Of a stretch of DNA of 64,000 nucleotides, positions 27,811 through 40,500 are shown one piece after another. The first letter of the stretch is position 1; every line of letters starts with the position of its first letter. Position numbers and translations under genes: made by a program. The notes under the pieces were generated by a model that ran no database searches, had not been told where the DNA came from, and was given only the letters and a program-made list of their open reading frames with translations. This DNA is from Eledone cirrhosa (Eukaryota), in contig OZ024740.1 in NCBI GenBank assembly GCA_964016885.1, positions 415,338,001 through 415,402,000 on the forward strand. Reading direction: 5' to 3'.

Positions 27811-28176
27811 TTATTATAATACCAATTTGAAATGACTGGACATCCAAACAATGCATAATAAAGAATTAGACATAGAGTTTTATTCATAAATTTTTCAGTC
27901 TAAAAAACTCTCATCAGTGAATATAAGATATCTTGTTTTATCAGTCGAAGTTTGTAAAAGCCAAGGTCAGATTATAGATGTTAAAGTATATATTTTCTTT
28001 TTCCTCTCCTAATAGCTTTGAGGATGATTGCAACTAAAACTTATGTGTTTTCAAACTTTGACTGATAAAACAAATGAGAGTCTTTTAGACTGAAAAATTT
28101 ATGAATAAAACACTACATTTAATTCTTTATTATACATTGTTTGACCTTCCAGTCATGTGAAATTATTATTATAATG
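27811..28176. repeat. Imperfect inverted repeat with arms of about 140-150 bp
   Basis: ttttattcataaatttttcagtctaaaa pairs with ttttagactgaaaaatttatgaataaaa; pairing extends to tgactgga/tccagtca. Confidence 0.85.
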
Positions 28177-28254
28177 TCACAATGCTTTGAAAAACTACCT
28201 CGAAACTTAATAATATATTTTTTATCATGCTTTTTTATTTCTTTGATTTTATAG

Positions 28255-28335
28255 AGTCAATGATTGGAGATATAAATTTGTTCTTCAATGAGCCTGATAT
28301 GGAAGATTCTGCTGAAATTGAAGTTATGATAGCAG
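28255..28335 (+). CDS. NAT9: NAT9-like exon
   Basis: tttatAG...GTtagt; (E)SMIGDINLFFNEPDMEDSAEIEVMIA, cf. NAT9 MVGDVNLFL...GEIEVMIA; 81 bp, phase 1-1. Confidence 0.95.
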
Positions 28336-28948
28336 GTTAGTAATATTACACCAACCACCGTCGAGACCTCAGACAGCCGAGCTCCTCAGCAAAATCAGAA
28401 CATCAGCATGAGTCCTGCGAGGTGGGGTGGCTGTCTACGAAACGCTGCCCTGACTTAGGCATTGAGTCTGTCACCCTCTCTCCTTCCCCCTCTCTTTCTT
28501 TCGCTGCCTAATAGACCTTGCTCTTTCCCTATTTTTCTTCACATTCTGGCATTTATAGTCCTTTCCTTTACTTTCCTATAGTCAGATCTGCCCTTCTTTA
28601 CCCCTCCCTCCTTTTTCATTATTTCATTTTGTTTTTATCTTTTTCCATCATTGTATAACTTCTATCTGTAAAATATAGTTGACATAATATGTTTATGTAT
28701 GACAGATAATGAAAATAAAATAAGAGACTATATTGTAACATTAAAAAAATATATTTAAAAAACAACAAAGGTTTGCTTCCTATTACATCTAGTTGTTTGA
28801 ATAATATTTGCTGGTGTTGGCGCAAGCAATAAATAAAATGGTTGTCCTATTTAAAAAACTTTTTTCCTAAAAGGAATACCAATTTATTTACTGTATTGGC
28901 CAACTGCATCAACCAAAACAAAAGGCTGAAACACTTGCTTGAGGCGGG

Positions 28949-29292
28949 TGTTTCTTCTCTGAAGACCTTCTGCTGTCCAGCTCTCCTGAGAGTTTCTTCT
29001 CTGAAGACCTTCTGCTGTCCAGTTCTCCTGAGAGTTTCTTCTCTGACGACCTTCTGCTGTCCAGCTCTCCTGAGAGTTTCTTCTCTGATGACTTTCTTCT
29101 GTCCAGCTCTCCTGAGAGTTTCTTCTCTGATGACCTTCTTCTGTCCAGCTCTCCTGAGAGTTTCTTCTCTGATGACCTTCTTCTGTCCAGCTCTCCTGAG
29201 AGTTTCTTCTCTGATGACCTTCTTCTGTCCAGCTCTCCTGAGAGTTTCTTCTCTGACGACCTTCTACTGTCCAGCTCTCCTGAGAGTTTCTT
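28949..29292. repeat. 42-bp minisatellite (about 8 units)
   Basis: GTTTCTTCTCTGATGACCTTCTTCTGTCCAGCTCTCCTGAGA. Confidence 0.95.
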
Positions 29293-29645
29293 ACCATTTG
29301 GAGCAATTAATTTAATTAAATTCTTTTAGTTTATTGCTTTTTACAAACAGTCTTTCATTTCTCAATATATTGTTTGGTTCTCTGGTTCACCGTTCATGGA
29401 TTTTATCACATATATTGATTGCCTTCTTGATGTCAACATTGAGAAGAGGGAACCACTTTAGATTTTCCAAAATGTCCCTCATCCAGATCTATCTCAAAGG
29501 AAATGATTCAAGATTTTTCTTGTTAAAATTTTGATCTTGAGACTATGATTCATTAAAATGAAATGTCTATGATACATTCAGTTCAATTCACTCTGAGTCC
29601 ACTTTGGTTATCTCAGTCACTGAGATTACATGATAGTGTATATAA

Positions 29646-29969
29646 CAGTGGTTCCCAACCTTTTGTGCGCCATGCCCCACCTGAACATCTAAAAAATCGT
29701 TATGCCCCTCTCCTTTGATATGAAAACAGTGATAGTTAACTGCAAAGTTTAAACAAATTGTTGTGTAGGTGGTGCCAGATACACAATAACGTGTGTGGTG
29801 GAGTGGGACAAGAGTTTCTGACAGTAATCTGTACCAAAGTTGCCTTGGTATAAAAGTAATAAAGTAAAACCTGAAGTTTGTTTCCATTGCCAACATTTTC
29901 ACATTGCTCCCCCTTAAATATTCAAATTGTTCCCCTGTTGGGTGAACACTTCCATGTTGGGAATCACTG
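29646..29969. mobile_element. hAT-type MITE
   Basis: TIR CAGTGGTTCCCAAC/GTTGGGAATCACTG; 8-bp TSD GTATATAA/GTATATAG. Confidence 0.8.
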
Positions 29970-30068
29970 GTATATAGTATAATCCCAGAATAAAGAGGAA
30001 ACCATCAACCTTAGAGTAAATGTCCTGTGAGCTGTCACCAAAATAATTGATCAGCTACTTCTGAAAAC

Positions 30069-31035
30069 TAAGCCTGATCAAGTTGAGCTAACTAGGTCTA
30101 CCTGTTCACAACAGTAATATCCACTGAATTGAATACTAAATCATAACAGTAGGCCTGCTCAAGTTGAGCTAACTAGGCCTACCTGATCACAACAGTAATA
30201 TTCACTGAATTGAATACTAAATCATAACAGTAGGCCTGCTCAAGTTGAGCTAACTAGGCCTACCTGATCACAACAGTAATATTCACTGAATTGAATACTA
30301 AATCATAACAGTAGGCCTGCTCAAGTTGAGCTAACTAGGCCTACCTGATCACAACAGTAATATTCACTGAATTGAATACTAAATCATAACAGTAGGCCTG
30401 CTCAAGTTGAGCTAACTAGGCCTACCTGATCACAACAGTAATATTCACTGAATTGAATACTAAATCATAACAGTAGGCCTGCTCAAGTTGAGCTAACTAG
30501 GTCTACCTGATCACAGCAGTAATATTCACTGAATTGAATACTAAATCATAACAGTAGGCCTGCTCAAGTTGAGCTAACTAGGCCTACCTGATCACAACAG
30601 TAATATTCACTGAATTGAATACTAAATCATAACAGTAGGCCTGCTCAAGTTGAGCTAACTAGGCCTACCTGATCACAACAGTAATATTCACTGAATTGAA
30701 TACTAAATCATAACAGTAGGCCTGCTCAAGTTGAGCTAACTAAGTCTACCTGATCACAGCAGTAATATTCACTGAATTGAATACTAAATCATAACAGTAA
30801 GCCTGCTCAAGTTGAGCTAACTAAGTCTACCTGATCACAACAGTAATATTCACTGAATTGAATACTAAATCATAATAGTAGGCCAGCTCAAGTTGAGCTA
30901 ACTAGGTCTACCTGATCACAACAGTAATATCCACTGAATTGAATACTAAATCTTAATAGTAGGCCTGCTCAAGTTGAGCTAACTAGGTCTACCTGATCAC
31001 AACAGTAATATCCACTGAATTAAATACGAAATCAT
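30069..31035. repeat. 81-bp tandem array (about 12 units)
   Basis: TAGGCCTGCTCAAGTTGAGCTAACTAGGCCTACCTGATCACAACAGTAATATTCACTGAATTGAATACTAAATCATAACAG; period 81. Confidence 0.96.
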
Positions 31036-31275
31036 GCTCTTTTTCGTAGTCTCTCTGGTGTTTATTTAATCCCAGAAAGATCAAAGACTAACCTAAATAA
31101 CAGTGAGTCTCAAGCTTTAGACACATACACATCATATAAACTATATAGATAAAGTAACTTTATATATATAGTGTATATGTATATAGTGTATATTATATAT
31201 ATAGTGTATATTATATAAAGTACCAGTAATGCACTGGGTAATTGCTGTCCTTGTGCCAAAAGTAGAAACAATTAT

Positions 31276-32237
31276 TGGACACCTTCCGTTACCTGGGTGA
31301 CAAAATCAGCAGTGGGGGAGGGTGCTCTGAAAGTACAGTAGCTAGAGTCAGAACGGGATGTAAAAAGTTCAGAGAGCTTATACCACTATTGGCCGCTAAA
31401 GGGTTCTCTCTAAAAATGAAAGGCAGGCTGTATGATGCCTGCATACGAACAGCAATGTTACATGGCAGTGAGACCTGGGCATTGTGTGCAGAGGATATAC
31501 GCAGACTGGAGAGAAACGAAGCTTGCATGCTCCGCTGGATGTGTAATAGTAATATACGTGAACGGCAAAGCATAAACGAACTAAGTGAGAAATTAGGAAT
31601 AAGAGGGATCAGATATTGTTTACTCGAGAGAAGACTACATTGGTATGGTCACGTGATGCGCATGAAAGACGACAGCTGTATAAAAAAGTGCAGGGCGATA
31701 AAAATAGACGGTAGCCACGAAGTAGGCAGACCCAGAAAAACCTGGGACGACTTGATAAATTCCGACCTCACACACTTACACCTCTCTAAGACAATGTCAC
31801 TGGACCGAGATCTTTGGCGCTACACAGTCATACAGAAGACCCACCTTGCCTAAGTACAAAGCGAAACCTACAGTCAGTAGGCACCTCTAACAAAATACAC
31901 CCCCGTCCCACTACCCCCACCCCATCCACACCACCCCCTTAAATGTGAAGTTATGTTGGTGCTACAACATCCAGTCCGAAACAAATGAGGTCGTGTAGGT
32001 GTCACGACAAAAAAAAACACACAGTCCACGCTGTAACGTGGCCGTGTAGGTAACACGGTAAAAACCTCCCAGTCCACACTGTAAACGTGGTTGGTGTTAG
32101 GAAGGGCATCCAGCTGTAGAAAATCCGCCAGACAGTCCTATACGAGCAGGACAACAAATCTTGCCTCAAGTGGGAAACCACCCGTCCAAACCCATTGAAG
32201 CATGGAAGATGGACATTAAACGATGATGATGATGATG
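31276..32237 (+). mobile_element. 5'-truncated RTE (copy C), preceded by a SINE 3' fragment
   Basis: DTFRYLG...WYGHVMR ORF, 3'UTR and (GAT)n; ATATAGTGTATATGT at 31166-31180 and 32238-32252. Confidence 0.93.
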
Positions 32238-32544
32238 ATATAGTGTATATGTTTTCTTTGTTTTTAAAATATGAGTGAAAGTGAGATGTCTCAACGAGTA
32301 TCCTCCACTACCAACTAACTTACCCTCAGCCTCTGGGTCCCAGTCGACAGGATGGAGAAATACAGGGCCCTGGAGGATGGCGAAGATGCACCATAACAGC
32401 CAATCCACCTCGTGGGGGCTCTGACCTGCAGGTAGCCAACTCCACTATGTTTCTAACAAGTATCACTTCTGATACAGTTTTTCCTGCACTGACATTATTC
32501 TATTATATTTTGTTTGTTGATGAAATTTTATTTGTATTTTGTAG

Positions 32545-32604
32545 AAGTTTCTTCTAGAAGAAAAGGATTTGGAAAAGAAGCTGTAATTTTGATGATGCTA
32601 TATG
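32545..32604 (+). CDS. NAT9: NAT9-like exon with GNAT acetyl-CoA binding motif A
   Basis: tttgtAG...GTaatt; (E)VSSRRKGFGKEAVILMMLY(G), containing R/Q-x-x-G-x-G; 60 bp, phase 1-1. Confidence 0.95.
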
Positions 32605-32699
32605 GTAATTATATGTTTATATTTAAAATATTTCATCATCTCTGCTAGCAAGGGTTGGATGGGTCTTTCTATTCCAATTCAGTACTCACACTATTAATC

Positions 32700-34923
32700 A
32701 TCATCATCATCATCATCAGGTTTAGCGTCCGTGTTCCACGCTTGCATGGGTTTGGACGGGGGTTTTCCCACTTGAGGCAAGAGTGGTTGTCTTGCTCGCA
32801 TAGGACTGTCTGGCGGGTTTTCTACAGCTGGATGCCCTTCCTAACACCAACCACATTTACAGTGTGGGGCTGGGAGGTTTTTACCGTGTTGCCTACATGG
32901 CCACATTACAGCGTAGACTGTGTGTTTTTTGTCGTGACACCTACACAATCTCATTTGTTTCGGCCTGGATGTTGTGGGACCAACATAACTTTACATTGAA
33001 AGGGGCGGTGTGGATGGGGTGGAGGTGGTGGGACGGGGGTGTGTTTAGATAGAGATGCCTACTGACTGTAGTAGGTTTTTACTTTGTATTTAGGTAAGGC
33101 GGGTCTTCTCTATTACTGAGTACCGCCAAAGGTCTCGGTCCAGTGACATTGTCTTGGAGAGGTGTAAGCGTGTGAGGTCGGAATTTATCATGTCGTCCCA
33201 GGTTTTTCTGGGTCTGCCTACTCCGTGGCTACCGTCTATCTTTATTGCCCTGCACTTTGTTATACAGCTGTCGTCTTTCATGCGCATCACGTGACCGTAC
33301 CAATGTAGCCTTCTCTCGAGTAAACAACATCTGATCCCTCTTATTTCTAATTTTTTCCTTAGTTCGTTTATGCTTAGCCATTCACGTATATTACTATTGC
33401 ACATCCAGCGGAGCATGCAAGCTTCGTTCCTCTCTAGTCTGCGTATATCCTCTGCACACAATGCCCAGGTCTCACTGCCATGCAGCATTGCTGTTCGTAT
33501 GCAGGCATCGTATAACCTGCCTTTCATTTTTAGGGAGAACCCTCTAGCGGCTAATAGTGGTATAAGCTCTCTGAACTTTTTCCATCCAGTTCTGACTCTA
33601 GCTACTGTACTTTCAGAGCACCCTCCCCCACTGCTGATTTTGTCACCCAGGTAACGGAAGCTGTCCACTATTTCTATAGAACCCTCTGCGCAATTGAAAG
33701 AGCTAGTATTTAGTGGGCACTTGCTGCTACTTATTGCACCAGAGCACCGGCCACATGTAAAATCTATGTTCTTAGTTAGCTTACCTGTGATCCCACTACA
33801 TCTTTTATGCACCCATACTTTGCATTGGGGACATAAAATGGAGTTTCTACCTACGCCTTTCCTACACACTGAGCATGGCCATTTCCCGGAAGGGACCGCC
33901 GCCTTATTTTCTTTCCTACAAACTAGAACTTTAGTCTTAGCCAGGTTAATTTTAAGGCCTTTTGATTCTAGGCCGTGCTTCCATGTTTGGAATTTCTTCT
34001 CTAGTTCGGTCATTGATTCAGCTATGAGCGTTAGATCATCTGCGTATAGGAGTTCCCATGGGCAGCCGGTCTTGAACTCCTCTGTTATAGCCTGAAGGGC
34101 AATAATAAATAGTAGGGGGCTAAGAACAGAGCCCTGATGGACACCAACTTTTACGCTAAACTCTTCACTATATTCGTTGTTAATTCTAACCTTGCTGACT
34201 GTTTCTTTATACATGGCTTGTATAGCTCTCACAAACCATTCGTCAACACCTAGTTTTCTAAGAGCCCACCAGATAATGGAACGGGGGACTCTGTCGAAGG
34301 CTTTCTCCAAGTTGACAAAAGCTAAGTATAGGGGTTTACTTTTAGCTAGGTACTTCTCCTGTAGTTGTCGTACAATGAAAAGAGCGTCTGTGGTACTTTT
34401 GCCTGACACAAACCCGAACTGCATTTCATCTAGATCAATTCTCTCTCTGATTAGTTGCGCTATTACTTTTTCCGTGACCTTCATGACCTGGTCGATTAAT
34501 TTAATGCCTCTATAGTTACTCCTATCTAGGGCATCTCCTTTTCCCTTATAGCAGTTAACGATGATGCTGCTACGCCAGTCCTTCGGAACAACCCCATTCT
34601 GTACGACTTGGTTAACTATCTGGGTAACCATGGTGTGTCCCACCGAAACAGATGCCTTCAGCATCTCAGCAACTATTTCCGAAGGCCCAGCCGCCTTACC
34701 CGTCTTCATATCTTTGATTGCCTTACTTATTATACTACCCTCGACTAACATTGCTGGTCCCTCTATTGGGTTGATGTGGGGGTGACTGTCTTTCTCCCAT
34801 TTATTCTCCTCATTTAGAAGCCTTTCGTAGTGACACTTCCAAGCTACCTTCTTATCAGCGTCAGTGATGGCAAGTATGCCATCATCGTTAAGTACACACT
34901 TCTCCCCGACAATATCACGGTTT
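32700..34923 (-). mobile_element. 5'-truncated RTE (copy D) with an intact 553-aa RT ORF
   Basis: ORF 33090-34751; (ATC)n tail; TSD TATTAATC at 32692-32699 and 34924-34931. Confidence 0.95.
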
Positions 34924-35061
34924 TATTAATCTGTTCAAATAATATGTGTATATTTACATATACATTGTCACAGTCTCAGCTACCTACTCTGTATATATAC
35001 AGATATAACTTTAGCGTACATTTCAGCTGTTTAGCACACTTCTTAATCTCTATATATATAG

Positions 35062-35277
35062 CAGTCCACGCTGTAATGTGGCCGTGTAGGTAACACGGTA
35101 AAAACCTCCCAGTCCACACTGTAAACGTGGTTGGTGTTAGGAAGGGCATCCAGCCATAGAAAACCCGCCAGACAGTCCTATACAAGCAGGACAACCAATC
35201 TTGCCTCAAGTGGGAAAACTCCCGTCCAAACCCATCCAAGCGTGGAAGATGGACATTAAACGATGATGATGATGATA
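35062..35277 (+). mobile_element. Short RTE 3'-end insertion
   Basis: 3'UTR plus (GAT)n; ATAGCAGT duplicated at 35058 and 35275. Confidence 0.8.
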
Positions 35278-35319
35278 GCAGTATGTATTGTTTACATGTC
35301 TACTTATTAAAAATGCATT

Positions 35320-36410
35320 CTCTCTCTCTGGTCCGACCCCTCCACTTCCCCCATCTTCCTTTCCCCACCCCTCCCCTCCTTCAAACGCGCACGCAATCTC
35401 TGCACCCTCCTCGTCCACAGCTCCTTACCCCTCAACCCACGCTCTTCTTCCTCCTCCAGTTCACTTCCCTGCTCCAGACCCTGTTACCATACCTGCCCCC
35501 ACATCACCAACACCACCACCTTCCAGGGTCCCAATGGTCACTCTCTCTCTGTCTGGCATGCCTTCCGCTGCACCTCCTCTAACCTAGTCTATGGACTTCA
35601 CTGCACGGAGTGTAGCACAACTTACGTCGGGCAGACTGGACGTCACCTGGCGGACCGTTTCACGGAACACCTCCGGGATATTCGCCTCGGCAGGAGTTCC
35701 CCGATCGCCCGCCACTTTCGCTCCCCTGGACATTCCGCCCACCACCTCACAGTCTGTGGCCTTCTCCAATGCCATGGAACACCCGGCACCCGCCTCATGG
35801 TCGAACAATGCACCATCTTCACCCTCCAAACCCATAATCACACACCCCGGCCTGAACTCCCCACCCCTATTCCTTTAGCCTTCGACCCCCCACCCTTTCC
35901 CCACTAACACCTCTAACACACTTCCCCTTTCACTCCCCCCCTGGCCCATCCCACAACTAACTATACTAACATCCCCACCCCTCCCTCTAACTCGCACACA
36001 CCCACCTGAACATATATACATGCACTCACACCATCCACACACCCTACTACCACCACTAACCCTCACCCACACATCCACTCCGACCACCCCACAACTAACA
36101 TCACTAACCTCCCCCCGACTCCACGCACACGAACACACACCATCACACACCCACACACACCCACACCTATGTACACCACCCACTCCACACACCCAACCAC
36201 CACTAACTCCCACTTACACACCCGCTTTCCACCCTTTCCCCATCACATGTAATACTAACACGCCATTTTGTTTCTGAGCACACAACACACACACAGAAAC
36301 AAAATGGCGTAGGACAGAACAAAGGAGAGGCACAGAAACAAAGAAAGGAATCCCCAGTCACTGAAGAGGTCACAGAGTGTGTGACAAAAGAACTATGACA
36401 ATATATAAAC
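35320..36410 (+). mobile_element. Penelope-like element fragment (GIY-YIG endonuclease, degenerate)
   Basis: My translation in a frame not in the ORF track: SFKRARNLCTLLVHS...TCPHITNTTTFQGPNG...FRCTSSNLVYGLHCTECSTTYVGQTGRHLADRFTEHLRDIR...PIARHF..PGH. Confidence 0.8.
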
Positions 36411-36679
36411 AACTATCTGGTTGTGGAACCAACCAACCAACCAGAAATTTATAAATTTATAAATTTATTATAAATTTATTATAATAAATTGAAGTGAAAG
36501 CAACTGGTGCGTGTGTTTCTTATTGGCAACATGACCCTCCCAAAGTATAACAATATATATATATATATATATATTATGTATTGTCCACAAGAGAGTCACT
36601 TCATAGCTGGTGTTTGAAAAGATATATATAACATGAAACATTTCAGAAATAAAATGTGAAATTTTTTAGTTTACATCAT

Positions 36680-37432
36680 GATTATGCCCAGAAAATGAGC
36701 TTACAGTTTGATAATGCCCAGGAAATGAGATTACAGTTTGATAATGCCCAGGAAATGAGATTATTACAGTTTGATAATGCCCAGGAAATGAGATTACAGT
36801 TTGATAATGCCCAGGAAATGAGATTAAAGTTTGATAATGCCTAGGAAATGAGATTATTACAGTTTGATTATGCCCAGGAAATGAGATTACAGTTTGATAA
36901 TGCCCAGGAAATTAGATTAATGTTTGATAATGCCCAGCAAATGAGATTATTACAGTTTGATTATGCCCAGGAAATGAGATTACAGTTTGATAATGCCCAG
37001 GAAATGAGATTAAAGTTTGATAATGCCTAGGAAATGAGATTATTACAGTTTGATTATGCCCAGGAAATGAGATTACAGTTTGATAATGCCCAGGAAATTA
37101 GATTAATGTTTGATAATGCCCAGGAAATGAGATTACAGTTTGATAATGCCCAGGAAATGAGATTATTACAGTTTGATAATGCCCAGGAAATGAGATTACA
37201 GCTTGGTAATGTATAGGAAATGAGCTTACAGCTTCATAATGCCCAGGAAATGAGATTACAGTTTGATAATGTCCAGAAAATGAGGTTACAGTTTGATAAT
37301 GTCCAGAAAATGAGATTAGAGTTTGATAATGTCCAGGAAATGAGATTACAGCTTGGTAATGTCTACGAAATGAGGTTACAGCTTCATAATGCCCAGGAAA
37401 TAAGGTTACAGTTTGATAATGCCCAGGAAAAT
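36680..37432. repeat. 30/33-bp minisatellite
   Basis: ATAATGCCCAGGAAATGAGATTACAGTTTG with +TTA variants. Confidence 0.95.
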
Positions 37433-37561
37433 GGTGACATGACATCTGTCAAAGAAAGTTAACTTTTTTTGTGACCACATATCTAAAGAAATACATTTTA
37501 TCTTAATTAATTAATGACAAATTTTAAAGGATTTACTAAAATTATGTCGAAAGATTTTAAT

Positions 37562-40500
37562 TTAAATTGGAAACCTTTAAAATGGGTGGTTTTATTTCAT
37601 AGGGACAGAGCCATTTTGGCCAGGTTGGTAACTAAAGGGTTAAATTGGAAACCTTTAAAATGGGTGGTTTTATTTCATAGGGACAGAGCCATTTTGGCCA
37701 GGTTGGTAACTAAAGGGTTAAATTGGAAACCTTTAAAATGGGTGGTTTTATTTCATAGAGATAGAGCCATTTTGGCCAGGTTGGTAACTAAAGGGTTAAA
37801 TTGGAAACCTTTAAAATGGGTGGTTTTATTTCATAGGGATAGAGCCATTTTGGCCAGGTTGGTAACTAAAGGGTTAAATTGGAAACCTTTAAAATGGGTG
37901 GTTTTATTTCATAGGGATAGAGCCATTTTGGCCAGGTTGGTAACTAAAGGGTTAAATTGGAAACCTTTAAAATGGGTGGTTTTATTTCATAGGGATAGAG
38001 CCATTTTGGCCAGGTTGGTAACTAAAGGGTTAAATTGGAAACCTTTAAAATGGGTGGTTTTATTTCATAGGGATAGAGCCATTTTGGCCAGGTTGGTAAC
38101 TAAAGGGTTAAATTGGAAACCTTTAAAATGGGTGGTTTTATTTCATAGGGATAGAGCCATTTTGGCCAGGTTGGTAACTAAAGGGTTAAATTGGAAACCT
38201 TTAAAATGGGTGGTTTTATTTCATAGGGATAGAGCCATTTTGGCCAGGTTGGTAACTAAAGGGTTAAATTGGAAACCTTTAAAATGGGTGGTTTTATTTC
38301 ATAGGGATAGAGCCATTTTGGCCAGGTTGGTAACTAAAGGGTTAAATTGGAAACCTTTAAAATGGGTGGTTTTATTTCATAGGGATAGAGCCATTTTGGC
38401 CAGGTTGGTAACTAAAGGGTTAAATTGGAAACCTTTAAAATGGGTGGTTTTATTTCATAGGGATAGAGCCATTTTGGCCAGGTTGGTAACTAAAGGGTTA
38501 AATTGGAAACCTTTAAAATGGGTGGTTTTATTTCATAGGGATAGAGCCATTTTGGCCAGGTTGGTAACTAAAGGGTTAAATTGGAAACCTTTAAAATGGG
38601 TGGTTTTATTTCATAGAGCCAGAGCCATTTTGGCCAGGTTGGTAACTAAAGGGTTAAATTGGAAACCTTTAAAATGGGTGGTTTTATTTCATAGGGATAG
38701 AGCCATTTTGGCCAGGTTGGTAACTAAAGGGTTAAATTGGAAACCTTTAAAATGGGTGGTTTTATTTCATAGAGCCAGAGCCATTTTGGCCAGGTTGGTA
38801 ACTAAAGGGTTAAATTGGAAACCTTTAAAATGGGTGGTTTTATTTCATAGGGATAGAGCCATTTTGGCCAGGTTGGTAACTAAAGGGTTAAATTGGAAAC
38901 CTTTAAAATGGGTGGTTTTATTTCATAGGGATAGAGCCATTTTGGCCAGGTTGGTAACTAAAGGGTTAAATTGGAAACCTTTAAAATGGGTGGTTTTATT
39001 TCATAGGGATAGAGCCATTTTGGCCAGGTTGGTAACTAAAGGGTTAAATTGGAAACCTTTAAAATGGGTGGTTTTATTTCATAGGGATAGAGCCATTTTG
39101 GCCAGGTTGGTAACTAAAGGGTTAAATTGGAAACCTTTAAAATGGGTGGTTTTATTTCATAGGGATAGAGCCATTTTGGCCAGGTTGGTAACTAAAGGGT
39201 TAAATTGGAAACCTTTAAAATGGGTGGTTTTATTTCATAGGGATAGAGCCATTTTGGCCAGGTTGGTAACTAAAGGGTTAAATTGGAAACCTTTAAAATG
39301 GGTGGTTTTATTTCATAGGGATAGAGCCATTTTGGCCAGGTTGGTAACTAAAGGGTTAAATTGGAAACCTTTAAAATGGGTGGTTTTATTTCATAGAGCC
39401 AGAGCCATTTTGGCCAGGTTGGTAACTAAAGGGTTAAATTGGAAACCTTTAAAATGGGTGGTTTTATTTCATAGGGATAGAGCCATTTTGGCCAGGTTGG
39501 TAACTAAAGGGTTAAATTGGAAACCTTTAAAATGGGTGGTTTTATTTCATAGGGATAGAGCCATTTTGGCCAGGTTGGTAACTAAATTGGAAACCTTTAA
39601 AATGGGTGGTTTTATTTCATAGGGACAGAGCCATTTTGGCCAGGTTGGTAACTAAAGGGTTGAATTGGAAACCTTTAAAATGGGTGGTTTTATTTCATAG
39701 GGACAGAGCCATTTTGGCCAGGTTGGTAACTAAAGGGGTAAATTGGAAACCTTTAAAATGGGTGGTTTTATTTCATAGGGATAGAGCCATTTTGGCCAGG
39801 TTGGTAACTAAATTGGAAACCTTTAAAATGGGTGGTTTTATTTCATAGAGCCTGAGCCATTTTGGCCAGGTTGGTAACTAAAGGGTTAAATTGGAAACCT
39901 TTAAAATGGGTGGTTTTATTTCATAGGGATAGAGCCATTTTGGCCAGGTTGGTAACTAAATTGGAAACCTTTAAAATGGGTGGTTTTATTTCATAGGGAC
40001 AGAGCCATTTTGGCCAGGTTGGTAACTAAAGGTTTGAATTGGAAACCTTTAAAATGGGTGGTTTTATTTCATAGGGACAGAGCCATTTTGGCCAGGTTGG
40101 TAACTAAAGGGTTAAATTGGAAACCTTTAAAATGGGTGGTTTTATTTCATAGGGATAGAGCCATTTTGGCCAGGTTGGTAACTAAAGGGTTAAATTGGAA
40201 ACCTTTAAAATGGGTGGTTTTATTTCATAGGGATAGAGCCATTTTGGCCAGGTTGGTAACTAAAGGGTTAAATTGGAAACCTTTAAAATGGGTGGTTTTA
40301 TTTCATAGAGCCAGAGCCATTTTGGCCAGGTTGGTAACTAAAGGGTTAAATTGGAAACCTTTAAAATGGGTGGTTTTATTTCATAGGGATAGAGCCATTT
40401 TGGCCAGGTTGGTAACTAAAGGGTTAAATTGGAAACCTTTAAAATGGGTGGTTTTATTTCATAGGGATAGAGCCATTTTGGCCAGGTTGGTAACTAAAGG

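Noticed and set aside
28842-29315. ORFs on both strands and a possible hammerhead (CTGATGA) in the 42-bp repeat
   Set aside because: The ORFs come from 3n periodicity. CTGATGA and GAAAC lie on opposite strands, so no ribozyme core forms.
30069-31035. Palindromic repeat array as CRISPR or attC cassettes
   Set aside because: The whole 81-bp unit is repeated and has no variable spacer.
36656-37462. FDNAQEMRLQ repeat ORFs
   Set aside because: 30-bp minisatellite with interspersed stop codons, inside an intron.
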